Source of the DNA: an uncultured bacterium
GTDB lineage: Bacteria; Hydrothermota; UBA3073; NMUJ01; CBEVQO01
Reading direction: 5' to 3'
Assembly (NCBI GenBank): GCA_965552055.1
Contig: CBEVQO010000005.1
Span: 79,597 to 143,596, forward strand
Length of the DNA: 64,000 nucleotides
Shown here one piece after another: positions 1-9,212 of the stretch. The position numbers and the translations under genes were made by a program. A model generated the notes under the pieces. It was not told where the DNA came from. It searched no databases and was given only the letters and a program-made list of their open reading frames with translations. Each line of letters starts with the position of its first letter. Positions within the stretch are counted from its first letter, which is position 1.

Positions 1-3000
1 TCACTATTCCTTTAGATTCTTTAAACTTTGGTGATGTATGGGTGGCGGACACTTCCTGCATACTTCTCTGGATTATAAATAAAGGTTCGGGTTATCTTGT
101 CATTGATAGTATCTCTTCTTCTTTGTCTTTCTTTGCATTACATACATTTCCCGATACTATGTTTTCTGGTGAAACTTCAGCGATAAAAATATGTTTTGTG
201 CCACAAGATACGGGAAACTTTGCAGAAACTCTTTATGTGTATTCTACAGACCCCGATACTCCTGCTTATCCTGTGAAATTGTGGGGAAGAGGTATAGCAT
301 CTGATATAGCTTTGTCCTGCAGTTTATACGATTTTGGGAATGTAAATGTTGGCGATTCCGCATTTTGGACACTCCAGATTTATAATAAAGGAAATGCAAA
401 TCTAATAATAGATAGTGTGAAAAATAAAGACACTCTTTTATTTATATGGGAAACTGTTATTCCCGAAACACTTACTCCTGGAGGCACGCTCATTGTTACA
501 GTGAAGTTTAGGCCTTATACTTATGGAGTGTTTGAAGATACTTTTGAGATTTATTCAAATGATTGGGATGAGTATGTGAAGAAAATCGCTGTTAAAGGGT
601 CAGGTTGTCAGCAGGATATAAAGGTGTCAGATACTCTTATAGATTTTGGGGTTGCGAAAGTGCAAACTACTTCAACATATTCGCTGAAAATTTACAATGT
701 AGGATATGCAACGCAATTAATAATTGACAGTGTAAGGACCACGGGGCTTGCCTTTACCCATACCTTTACAGAGCCTTGCACAATTCCTGCTGGCGATAGT
801 GTGATATGTGAAGTTAGATTTACACCGCGGGATACAGGTAATTTTGCAGGCACACTAACAATTTACTCAGATGATCCGGATGAGCAAACACTAACTTTGA
901 GTCTTAAAGGAAGAGGAGTTTTGCCAGATATCGAACTTAAAGACACGATACTGGTATTTGATTCTACATTGATAGGAGATACATCTTATAAGCAAACACT
1001 TATATGTAATAAAGGAGAATATGCATTGACGATTGATAGCGTAAAAGTAACACCGCCTTTCTTCTGCAATGTTATAACTCCTTTGGTAATTAATGGGTTT
1101 GATAGTGTAAGTATTACGATAGGTTTTGCACCTCAGGATACACTGAATTATTCTGCAGATTTTCTCATATTCTCCGATGACCCTGATGAATCTGTATCGG
1201 TTATTCATCTGGGTGGCAAAGGATATGGTGATCTTGTGCCTCCGCCTGCTCCTCAGAATTTAACAGCAAATGGCTCCAATCCTTCACCATGGTCAAAAGT
1301 ATCAGAATTTGTAATTGACTGGACTAATCCACAGGATCCTTCAGGAATAACAGGAGCATATTACAAACTTGATGCTCCACCTGAATCTGCAACTGATGGA
1401 ATATTTACGACACAAAAACCATGTACTGTGATTGTAAGTTCGGAAGGCGTGCATACTCTTTATCTATGGTTACAAGATGGAGCAGGCAATGTCAGTCATT
1501 TAAATCGTTCAATGGTAATTTTGCGTTACGATTCCACAGCACCTGTTGTATCAGCACAAGATTTGACGGCCAAAGAGGATAGCGCAAAAGAAGTAAGATT
1601 TGTAGTGAGAGATGAATTATCAGGGATAAGTGATGTCAAATTTATTTATAGAAAGGGAGGAAACCAAGATTCAATTGTCGTTACTCCTCAAAAAGTTGCT
1701 GATACTCTTTATTCTTATGTAATACCCGATAGTTTTGTCACGACACAGGGCATTGCGTACAGGATTTTAGCACAAGATTCAGCATCAAATGAGGTTTTAA
1801 CATCTTACTATGCAATAGCTGTTGAGATTGAGCAAAAAGAAGCACCATTTGAACTACCAGCAGGCTCTGAACAAACAGCTTACAGAATGATTTCAATACC
1901 TTATATCCTTGAAAATCCTGAGCCTTTAACTGTACTTGAGCCCGTATTTGGACAATACGATCCTGCTCACTGGAGATTGTTTGACTGGCAGGGAAAATGG
2001 GTTGAGGCAACAGATCCTGCTTTTAGAGATTTTGCACCGGGTAGAGCATTCTTCTTAATAACAAGGGATACAGGTAAAAAGATTGTAGGAACACAGGGAA
2101 TTACAGTGCCAATAGACTCGCCATTTGTAATTGAACTTGACTCAGGATGGAATCTTATCTCTACGCCTTTCACTTTTGAAATAATGAAGGAAAACATGTC
2201 TCTTGGTAACGGAGAACCTATAATTCTTTATTCATATGAGGGAAAATGGGATACTGTTAATTCTATGGAACCATGGAAAGGATATGCGATAAAAGTAAGT
2301 AATGCCACTACTCTACAAATTACACCATTTGCCGCTAAGAAAACAAAGGAAAAGATGACAGAACCTGACTGGATAATTCAAATAACAGCACAATGTGAAG
2401 AAGCAAAAGATGAATTAAATTTTGTTGGAGTGTATCAAGATGCAGAAGAAGAATACGATAAATATGAACTCTATGAACCACCATTTGTTGGCAAATATGT
2501 ATCTGTGTATTTCCGAAGGAATGACTGGGCGAAACCTGACATTTACACTACAGATTTCAGACCACCAGCAAAGGAAGGATATAAATTTGATTTCGAGGTA
2601 ATGTCAAACATTGGCTCACCTGTTAGGCTTACATTAAAAGGTATGGAAAAGTTACCATACGATTTTAAGGCTTATATTTTTGATAAGAATCTCGGTCAAA
2701 TTTACGATATTACGGATAATCCGGAGTATTATCTTAACTGTGGAAAAGAAGAAAGAAAACTCACATTGTTGATAGGTACAGAAGAATTCATTCAACAAAA
2801 TGTAGGAAAAACAATACCCGAAGAAATCGCTCTCACAGTGGTACCGAATCCGATGAGAGGTGATGCAATAATAAGGTTCGGAATACCTCAAAGGAGTAGG
2901 GTTATAATTGAGGTGTATGATATTATAGGGAGGATGATAAAGAGAGTAGATAAAGGAGAGTTGAATCCAGGTTATTACTTTGTAAAATGGGAGGATAATG

Positions 3001-3077
3001 AAAAATCTGGTATCTACTTTGTGAGGTTAAAAGCAATGGGTGAAGTTGTAACATCAAAAGTAATTAAAGTAAAATAG
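1..3077 (+). CDS. Large secreted surface protein with choice-of-anchor-D-like repeats, an FN3-like middle region and a C-terminal T9SS (Por) sorting domain; 5' partial
   Basis: The frame stays open upstream of the GTG at position 42 to the window start, and the upstream translation continues the same repeat type. There are recurrent ~100-aa units with a D-x-L/I-D/NFG...IxNxGNAxLxIDSV...Y/FSNDPDE motif. The last ~80 aa (VVPNPMRGDAIIRF...GIYFVRLKAMGEVVTSKVIKVK) match the type-A T9SS C-terminal sorting domain pattern. Confidence 0.8.
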   Translation, partial: TIPLDSLNFGDVWVADTSCILLWIINKGSGYLVIDSISSSLSFFALHTFPDTMFSGETSAIKICFVPQDTGNFAETLYVYSTDPDTPAYPVKLWGRGIASDIALSCSLYDFGNVNVGDSAFWTLQIYNKGNANLIIDSVKNKDTLLFIWETVIPETLTPGGTLIVTVKFRPYTYGVFEDTFEIYSNDWDEYVKKIAVKGSGCQQDIKVSDTLIDFGVAKVQTTSTYSLKIYNVGYATQLIIDSVRTTGLAFTHTFTEPCTIPAGDSVICEVRFTPRDTGNFAGTLTIYSDDPDEQTLTLSLKGRGVLPDIELKDTILVFDSTLIGDTSYKQTLICNKGEYALTIDSVKVTPPFFCNVITPLVINGFDSVSITIGFAPQDTLNYSADFLIFSDDPDESVSVIHLGGKGYGDLVPPPAPQNLTANGSNPSPWSKVSEFVIDWTNPQDPSGITGAYYKLDAPPESATDGIFTTQKPCTVIVSSEGVHTLYLWLQDGAGNVSHLNRSMVILRYDSTAPVVSAQDLTAKEDSAKEVRFVVRDELSGISDVKFIYRKGGNQDSIVVTPQKVADTLYSYVIPDSFVTTQGIAYRILAQDSASNEVLTSYYAIAVEIEQKEAPFELPAGSEQTAYRMISIPYILENPEPLTVLEPVFGQYDPAHWRLFDWQGKWVEATDPAFRDFAPGRAFFLITRDTGKKIVGTQGITVPIDSPFVIELDSGWNLISTPFTFEIMKENMSLGNGEPIILYSYEGKWDTVNSMEPWKGYAIKVSNATTLQITPFAAKKTKEKMTEPDWIIQITAQCEEAKDELNFVGVYQDAEEEYDKYELYEPPFVGKYVSVYFRRNDWAKPDIYTTDFRPPAKEGYKFDFEVMSNIGSPVRLTLKGMEKLPYDFKAYIFDKNLGQIYDITDNPEYYLNCGKEERKLTLLIGTEEFIQQNVGKTIPEEIALTVVPNPMRGDAIIRFGIPQRSRVIIEVYDIIGRMIKRVDKGELNPGYYFVKWEDNEKSGIYFVRLKAMGEVVTSKVIKVK

Positions 3078-3085
3078 GGGGTATT

Positions 3086-3667
3086 ATGAGATGGTTTCTT
3101 TTAATAACCATCTTATGTGCAGGATTGATAGGAGAAAGTTACGCTCAAAAACCAAAAACAACTACTACACGAAAAAGAAGAAAGAGAAGAAAAGCAAGGC
3201 CTAAGATTATTTTTACAGCACCTGATACGGTGATAGAGAATACTCCTATTGACCTTGCAGTAACAGTAAGATCAAGGTATCCTGTAAAATATGCATTGTT
3301 CTATTATATGAACTCTCAGATGACACAGTATAAAAGGTTAAAGCTCTCATTGACAGGGAAGACAAAATACACCTATTATTTTGGAGGACAAATTCCATCC
3401 GAAGATGTGATAGTGCCACAAATCTTTTACTACATAAGAGCTATTGATGTAAAAAAGAGAAGAGGTTATCTTTACTCTCGTAGAAAGCCAGGAGTAATCT
3501 ATGTTAAGAAAAAGAAAAAACCATTTCCTACTTATGCTGTTATTGGAGGGGTGGGCAGTGGTGTAATACTCGGTGGTGCGATAATAGCTGTGCTGATAGG
3601 CGGTAAAAAGGCAGCAGAAAAGCTGGAAGAGTTACCTCTGCCACCATCTTTTCCATCAGCCAGATAG
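3086..3667 (+). CDS. Hypothetical secreted/membrane-anchored protein (signal peptide, polybasic tract, C-terminal Gly-rich TM helix)
   Basis: There is an N-terminal hydrophobic signal (LLITILCAGLIGESYA), a KRRKRRKARPK tract, and a C-terminal TM segment AVIGGVGSGVILGGAIIAVLIGG. No recognisable catalytic motif. Confidence 0.45.
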   Translation: MRWFLLITILCAGLIGESYAQKPKTTTTRKRRKRRKARPKIIFTAPDTVIENTPIDLAVTVRSRYPVKYALFYYMNSQMTQYKRLKLSLTGKTKYTYYFGGQIPSEDVIVPQIFYYIRAIDVKKRRGYLYSRRKPGVIYVKKKKKPFPTYAVIGGVGSGVILGGAIIAVLIGGKKAAEKLEELPLPPSFPSAR

Positions 3668-4351
3668 GGAGGTTATCACCTGAAACAGATTGTATTTTGT
3701 GAAAGGCGAACTCTTATAAATAAAATCAAGAAAAGGACGGATTTTTTCTCTTAAACTATCTTTCGCAAACGGACAGATATTTTGAATCTCTGAAATTCCC
3801 TTTTCTTTTAAAAATTTATCAATCAATTCCTGTGTAAATCTATAAATTGGGCGTACAACTTTTATCCTTCCTTCAAAAAAATATTGCACAGGTTTTATCG
3901 TTTCAGCACGCGCATTATAAGCCATATTCATAAAGAATGTTTCAATAACATCTTCTGCATGATGAGCGAATGCAAAAGTTTTTATACCTCTTTTTTCACC
4001 CCATTTGAAAAGCGTCATTTTGCGTAAACGAGAACACAAATAGCAGGGATGCTTCAAATCTTTAATCTTATTCCAGATATCCTCTTCAATTATGACATAA
4101 TCAAATCCTCTTTGTTTAAAATATTCTTCAATTTTTTGAGTATCCCAATCGGGCATTTTTGGATTCACATGGGCAACTATAAAATCTATCCCGCCATATC
4201 TTAACTTATAAAGATGCAGAATTTCTGTAAGAAATAAACTATCTTTTCCACCCGAAAAGGCAATCAAAATTCTTTCATCTTTTTCAAAAATTTTAAATAA
4301 ATGAATTGTTTTTCTCAAAATCCTTAAACTTGTTTTCTCAATTTTTTTCAT
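3656..4351 (-). CDS. ttcA: PP-loop ATPase, TtcA-like tRNA 2-thiocytidine biosynthesis protein
   Basis: It carries an SGGKDS PP-loop motif near the N-terminus and a downstream CxxC (CYLCSRLRK). The size is ~230 aa. Confidence 0.65.
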   Translation of the reverse strand: MKKIEKTSLRILRKTIHLFKIFEKDERILIAFSGGKDSLFLTEILHLYKLRYGGIDFIVAHVNPKMPDWDTQKIEEYFKQRGFDYVIIEEDIWNKIKDLKHPCYLCSRLRKMTLFKWGEKRGIKTFAFAHHAEDVIETFFMNMAYNARAETIKPVQYFFEGRIKVVRPIYRFTQELIDKFLKEKGISEIQNICPFAKDSLREKIRPFLDFIYKSSPFTKYNLFQVITSLSG

Positions 4352-5256
4352 TTAAAAAATGAAGGATAAGAAATCCCAAATCTCTTTTTGTAATAGAGAT
4401 ACATCGAAACCACAAGAAAAGAATTTATAATTAAAAAGACAGGATAAATGCACGAAAGGATTAAAATGAGTATAAAACCTGTTATTCTTTGTGCCATTAT
4501 GCAATTTTTTCTGTTAAAATTTAAAAGTGGAAAAAGGAAAAGAATGATGCCTGTGCAGGCTACCGTACCCGCAACCCAGTCACCCCTTAATAGCGCGCAA
4601 ACTCCAGCTATCACAATAAAAATATAAGAAAGTTTAAGAGTATTCCTGATGCCAAGTTTTATTCCCGTTGTAATTTTAAAAACTCTTTTATCACCCTCAA
4701 TATCGAGCAAAGTTGTCAGCAAAAAAATAGCACCAACACCAAAAAAATAAGGTAAAGAATTCAAAAATGCAGAAAAAGTTATATCTTTTGCAATAGACCA
4801 GCCAGCGAGAAAATTCACAATACCATATCCCATTGAATTTAAAAATAAATCGAGAAAAGGTCTATCTTTCCAGCGAAAAGGAGGCAAAGAATAAAGCATT
4901 GCCATTATAAGAGATAAGGTAAATAAAATTTTAATCTCTGTAGATTTTTTCATTATCAAAATAAACGCCCCGATTATCAAAAGTAATGTTTGCAAATATG
5001 CATGCGATACAGGAATGATTCCTTCGGAAAGGAGAAAAAGTTTTCTATTAATTTTGTCAGATTCAATATCTTCAATTTGATTAAGTATGTATCCAGCGCC
5101 ACAAAGTAAGGTATAAGCTATGAAAATTATCCAGAAATCTTTTGACAGATGGAAAAACTTTTGAGTTGCCCTATAATATCCTGCAAGTAAAAAGCCCCAA
5201 GATGTGATAAGTAAAGTAGGACGCATCAAAAAAATATGGTCTAAAATTTTAACCAT
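4348..5256 (-). CDS. UbiA-superfamily prenyltransferase (polytopic membrane protein)
   Basis: Multiple TM helices. The first Asp-rich motif is NQIEDIESD (N-Q-x-x-D-x-x-x-D) and the second is DIEGD (DxxxD), both diagnostic of UbiA-family prenyltransferases. Confidence 0.65.
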   Translation of the reverse strand: MVKILDHIFLMRPTLLITSWGFLLAGYYRATQKFFHLSKDFWIIFIAYTLLCGAGYILNQIEDIESDKINRKLFLLSEGIIPVSHAYLQTLLLIIGAFILIMKKSTEIKILFTLSLIMAMLYSLPPFRWKDRPFLDLFLNSMGYGIVNFLAGWSIAKDITFSAFLNSLPYFFGVGAIFLLTTLLDIEGDKRVFKITTGIKLGIRNTLKLSYIFIVIAGVCALLRGDWVAGTVACTGIILFLFPLLNFNRKNCIMAQRITGFILILILSCIYPVFLIINSFLVVSMYLYYKKRFGISYPSFFK

Positions 5257-6149
5257 CTTTTATGTATTCCAAAGTAATTTTCTAATTTTCCACCAAAATT
5301 TGACTTAAAAATTGAAATTGATGGTTTATTTACGCCGAGGAAATCGAGAATATCATAATTATCTTTGTAATATTCAATAATATTGTGGATTAAAAAAGAA
5401 TTTGCTCCAAGTTTTAAACCTTCGTCTGTACTTCCAGCTAGCCAGTCATAAATTTTATCACGATATTTTAAAATTGCACGAACAGCATGGATTTTTTCAC
5501 CTATCCTTGCACAAAATATATCACATAAGCCATATTTTGAAATAGTTTCTATGAGATTTCTAATATACGCTTTATCGCAGGGTAATTTTTCCTTTCGTCT
5601 TTTATAACTTTGTAAAACAAGATTTGATACTGTTTCGAAATCCGTTGTTTTTCCAAATTCTCCGAGTTTTTCAAATTTTTTGATCTGTTTTCTGGCACTG
5701 TAAGTGATGTCCGTATTTTTCAAAGATAAAATTCTTGTGTAATAAATTTTTACATCAAAACCCGACCATAAAAATCCACGCATATCTTTTTCTGAAAGTG
5801 GCATAAAAATATCAACTATATTATAGTGTTTCAAAAAATTTGCGATTTTATACTGGGTTTCAAAAAGTCGCCTTTCATAAGAAGAAGGATGCATATCTTT
5901 TTTTGTCAAAAGTCCTGTGTATGTCATAAAAAGAGGAGTCCTTGCGAATTTTATCCCGAATTTCGAATATCCGCAGTAATAAAACAGGGCAAAGAGTTCA
6001 TCTTTAAAATAGATAGCATAATAACTTAAAGATTTAGAAGATGCCTTTTTAACAGCATTAAAGAAAGCATGATGGCAAAAAACATTATCCTCAAAAGATG
6101 AAAGCAAATCCTGCCATTTTAAGGTGTTGATTTTTACAATTTCTATCAT
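5241..6149 (-). CDS. Hypothetical protein, possibly a GNAT-fold (FemAB/BioF2-like, Acetyltransf_6) acyl/aminoacyl-transferase
   Basis: The C-terminal region (DILDFLGVNKPSISIFKSNFGGKLENYFG) resembles the FemAB/CelD-type GNAT-like domain. It is co-directional and overlapping with the UbiA-like and TtcA-like genes. The family assignment is tentative. Confidence 0.35.
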   Translation of the reverse strand: MIEIVKINTLKWQDLLSSFEDNVFCHHAFFNAVKKASSKSLSYYAIYFKDELFALFYYCGYSKFGIKFARTPLFMTYTGLLTKKDMHPSSYERRLFETQYKIANFLKHYNIVDIFMPLSEKDMRGFLWSGFDVKIYYTRILSLKNTDITYSARKQIKKFEKLGEFGKTTDFETVSNLVLQSYKRRKEKLPCDKAYIRNLIETISKYGLCDIFCARIGEKIHAVRAILKYRDKIYDWLAGSTDEGLKLGANSFLIHNIIEYYKDNYDILDFLGVNKPSISIFKSNFGGKLENYFGIHKRWLKF

Positions 6150-7855
6150 TTGCCTAAAATCAAATGGAGCAAACTACCTGCTGTGAGAGACGAAACAATC
6201 ATGATTAAGATTAGGAAAAGTAAGTTTTTAAATCCCAATTCTTTCCATATTGTTATGAAAGTAGCGATGCAAGGGAAAAACATCGTTAATATTACAGAAG
6301 CTACGATAAGTTGATTTCGCATAAGATTTAATGGCAAAAGCATACCTATTGCTGCATCTTTTCGTAAAAATCCGATTAAAATAGCGAGAATAGCTTCACC
6401 GGGTAATCCAAAAGCTTTTGATAGTACAGGCGAAAATATATGTGCAAGAACCGACATTATTCCGAAAGTGTAAAGAAGATTGGCAAAAAGAACCCCGATA
6501 AATACAAAAGGAACTGCTTCAAGAAGGAAACGCTTCATCCTTAGCCATAATTTTTTAAATAGAGTAGGAAAATGAGGCAATCTATAAGGCGGTATTTCCG
6601 TAAAGATTTCCGGGCTCTCGCCTTTTAAAAAGCGGTTTAAAATTAAGCCAAGTAAAATCCAGAATAGGAATAAAGTTAAAAATACAATGAAAATACCCTT
6701 TAAACCGAGTTTTGCTGATAATCCGAAAATCATTGCAATTTGTGCAGAACAAGGTATGGTTATAGATAAGAGGGCAATTGCTATAAAGCGCTGTCGAAGC
6801 GTCTCAAGCACCCTCGTAGCCATAACACCTGGAACATTGCAGCCAAAACCTAACATCATTGGAATAACCGCAAGACCATGTAGACCTAATCTATGAAAAA
6901 TATTGTCAAGAAGTATGGCAAAGCGGGGTAACCAGCCGAAATCTTCTAAAATACCAAGTATAAAATAAAAAGAAAAAACATAAGGTAAAACCATAGCGAT
7001 GGGAACATAAATACCCGTTGTTAAAAGACCAAAAGATTCTACAAAATCATCAACGGTTTCGGGCAATTTACCTATCAAAATATCATACAAAATTTTATTT
7101 TTCGCTAAAAAGGAAGCAATTTTTTTAAGTAAAGGTAGGTATAGTTCGAATAAAGGATTGAAGACATATTCTATTAGATTTTCACCTATGAATCTTACGA
7201 GATAAAAAGTAGCTGCGAGCACGGCAATCCCCAAAATAATGCCAGATACAGGTTTTATCGATAAATCAGCGAGTTTTTCGAGAAATGTATGATGACGATG
7301 ATAAATTTTTTGCACCTCTTTTACAATTTCCCCGACTTTATCCCATATATGCTCTTCTTCGACTTTTAGTTTGCTTTCTCTGGCTTCGCTCAATCTTTCC
7401 ACGAGTTCTTTTATTCCTTCGCCTGTTAATGCACAGGTAGGAATTACAGGTATTCCGAGTATTTTCTCCAGTTTTTTAACATCTATTTTAATACCTGTGT
7501 GCTTTGTCTCATCCCAGAAATTCAATAAAGAAATCATTTTTTTACCGGATTTTATTAACTGGAGTGTTAAGAATAAACTTCTTTCGAGATTTGTTGCATC
7601 CATTACATTTATTACGATGTCAGCGTCTTCGAGCAGTTTTGCAGCAACTTCTTCTGCCTTTGAAATGGGATTTAGAGAATAAATGCCAGGAGCATCTATA
7701 AGTTCATAAGTTTCATCACTTACTTTCATTTTTCCTTTCGTGAATTCAACAGTGGTACCCGGATAATTTGAAGATATGATGTGTATCCCTGTTAATCTGC
7801 TGAAAATTACACTTTTTCCTACATTGGGATTACCGAACAGGAGAATTTTTTTCAT
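6146..7855 (-). CDS. feoB: Ferrous iron transporter FeoB (N-terminal G-domain plus polytopic membrane domain)
   Basis: GNPNVGKS G1 motif and DxPG, followed by a long hydrophobic permease domain. I chose the second ATG (7855) because it has a GAGGT ribosome-binding site 8 nt upstream. The ORF-track start at 7891 lacks a Shine-Dalgarno sequence. Confidence 0.9.
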   Translation of the reverse strand: MKKILLFGNPNVGKSVIFSRLTGIHIISSNYPGTTVEFTKGKMKVSDETYELIDAPGIYSLNPISKAEEVAAKLLEDADIVINVMDATNLERSLFLTLQLIKSGKKMISLLNFWDETKHTGIKIDVKKLEKILGIPVIPTCALTGEGIKELVERLSEARESKLKVEEEHIWDKVGEIVKEVQKIYHRHHTFLEKLADLSIKPVSGIILGIAVLAATFYLVRFIGENLIEYVFNPLFELYLPLLKKIASFLAKNKILYDILIGKLPETVDDFVESFGLLTTGIYVPIAMVLPYVFSFYFILGILEDFGWLPRFAILLDNIFHRLGLHGLAVIPMMLGFGCNVPGVMATRVLETLRQRFIAIALLSITIPCSAQIAMIFGLSAKLGLKGIFIVFLTLFLFWILLGLILNRFLKGESPEIFTEIPPYRLPHFPTLFKKLWLRMKRFLLEAVPFVFIGVLFANLLYTFGIMSVLAHIFSPVLSKAFGLPGEAILAILIGFLRKDAAIGMLLPLNLMRNQLIVASVILTMFFPCIATFITIWKELGFKNLLFLILIMIVSSLTAGSLLHLILGK

Positions 7856-8084
7856 CTTCAACCTCGACAAATATTCGTTGTGCCATTCCAAATCCCACTG
7901 CTACAGTTGTGCCGGCTATCTCGACGATTGTGGGACCCCTTAAAGGCATTCCGGCTACCTTTTTCACAGTAGCTCCCGGTCGTATCCCCATGGAAATGAG
8001 TCTCATTATCATTCCTCTTCCACCTATAATTTTTGTTACCCTGCCAGATTGACCTGGACGCATCTGAGACAACGGAATTTCCAT
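7830..8084 (-). CDS. feoA: FeoA family iron transport protein
   Basis: A small SH3-like FeoA signature (MRPGQSGRVTKIIGGRGMIMRLISMGIRPGATV) lies immediately upstream of feoB and overlaps it. Confidence 0.8.
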   Translation of the reverse strand: MEIPLSQMRPGQSGRVTKIIGGRGMIMRLISMGIRPGATVKKVAGMPLRGPTIVEIAGTTVAVGFGMAQRIFVEVEDEKNSPVR

Positions 8085-8812
8085 TACAGGACTTCTACTC
8101 CTTCTTTCTGCAATAATTCTTTAAAGCGCTGACTATTCTCAAGCATCGCAGTGTTATTGAACATCACATATGCGGGTTTATCACCGAGCACCCATTTTTT
8201 TAATCTTTCGAGCTCTTCGTCTGTGTATTTGTATCTGTATCCTCCGATTCCATGCAATCTATAATATTTTATATCGCCATAGGTTTCGAGTCGTTTAAAT
8301 GGGTCAACACAATCTATAAGATTCAGTTTTTCGCATATTTCCAGGATTTCTTTGGGATGCCAATCACCACGAGGTTCCCATATAAATACGAAATTTTCTC
8401 TTTCTATTTTTTTGAAAAATTCAACTATGTTTCTTTTATGCTCTTCTGCCGGTGTAAACTTTGCAGGTGTTTGAAAGATTATCTTTTGAGCACCGAGTAT
8501 CTTTGCTATTTTTTTGAATTCCTCCCATGCTTCGAAAACTTCATCTGTTGGTCTGAAAAAACCGTATTTATCTTTTTTATTTTCAGGTATTTCGAATCCC
8601 AGTTTTCTATAGGTTGGGCTCGATGGAGGATGTGTTATCAGTTGCCATGCTTTTAATGTAAATTCAAAATGAATAGGTGCTTCATCTTTCCATCTTTTTG
8701 CAAGATTCTCAGTGGGAAGTTTATAAAATGTTTGTTGAATTTCTATTACACTGAATTTTTTAAAATAGCTTCTTTTAGAAGTTGGGAAGCCACAGCACCC
8801 TACTTTTATCAT
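8084..8812 (-). CDS. DUF72 (UPF0759) family protein
   Basis: The N-terminal IKVGCCGFP...YFKKFSVIEIQQTFYKLP region corresponds to the DUF72 signature (IGTSGW...FxxVEINxTFY). The length is ~240 aa. Confidence 0.7.
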   Translation of the reverse strand: MIKVGCCGFPTSKRSYFKKFSVIEIQQTFYKLPTENLAKRWKDEAPIHFEFTLKAWQLITHPPSSPTYRKLGFEIPENKKDKYGFFRPTDEVFEAWEEFKKIAKILGAQKIIFQTPAKFTPAEEHKRNIVEFFKKIERENFVFIWEPRGDWHPKEILEICEKLNLIDCVDPFKRLETYGDIKYYRLHGIGGYRYKYTDEELERLKKWVLGDKPAYVMFNNTAMLENSQRFKELLQKEGVEVL

Positions 8813-9126
8813 GCTACAAATTTCTCTATTACCCTCTTCAGCTCATGTTCGGGATATGCACCTATTATCCTGTGAACTTCTTTACCATCTTTAAAGATTA
8901 TCATCGTGGGTATCGCTTCGATTCTGTATTCTTCTGCGATTTTCCTGCATTCATCCACATTTAGTTTCGCGAACTTCATTTTACCTTCGAATTCCTTTGA
9001 TAACTTTTCAAGAACAGGAGCCACCCATTTGCATGGCATGCACCATTCAGCCCAGAAGTCCACGAGCACAGGCTCATCCGCCTCCAGAACTTCCTTTTTG
9101 AAATTCTCACAATTCAATACTTTCAT
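8809..9126 (-). CDS. trxA: Thioredoxin
   Basis: WCMPC active-site motif in a ~105-aa protein. The start is set at the internal ATG (MKVLNCENF), which is preceded by an AGGGGGG ribosome-binding site. The longer ORF-track start would collide with the secD start region. Confidence 0.85.
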   Translation of the reverse strand: MKVLNCENFKKEVLEADEPVLVDFWAEWCMPCKWVAPVLEKLSKEFEGKMKFAKLNVDECRKIAEEYRIEAIPTMIIFKDGKEVHRIIGAYPEHELKRVIEKFVA

Positions 9127-9212
9127 ATTCACCCCCCTATATTTTAATCCAAAACGGGAGATGTCAAGTTTTAAAATTTTTATTGACATTCTTCTATTTC
9201 GATTATCTTATA

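Noticed and set aside
891-2891. Antisense ORFs inside the first T9SS protein gene (891-1208, 1738-2010, 1967-2197, 2652-2891)
   Set aside because: They are embedded antisense to a strongly supported long CDS and are low complexity, with no ribosome-binding site. The same reasoning applies to the many 60-170-aa antisense ORFs listed inside other long genes (for example 8252-8964, 9752-10186, 13877-14389, 17645-18076, 25536-25869, 40201-41596, 62398-63680).
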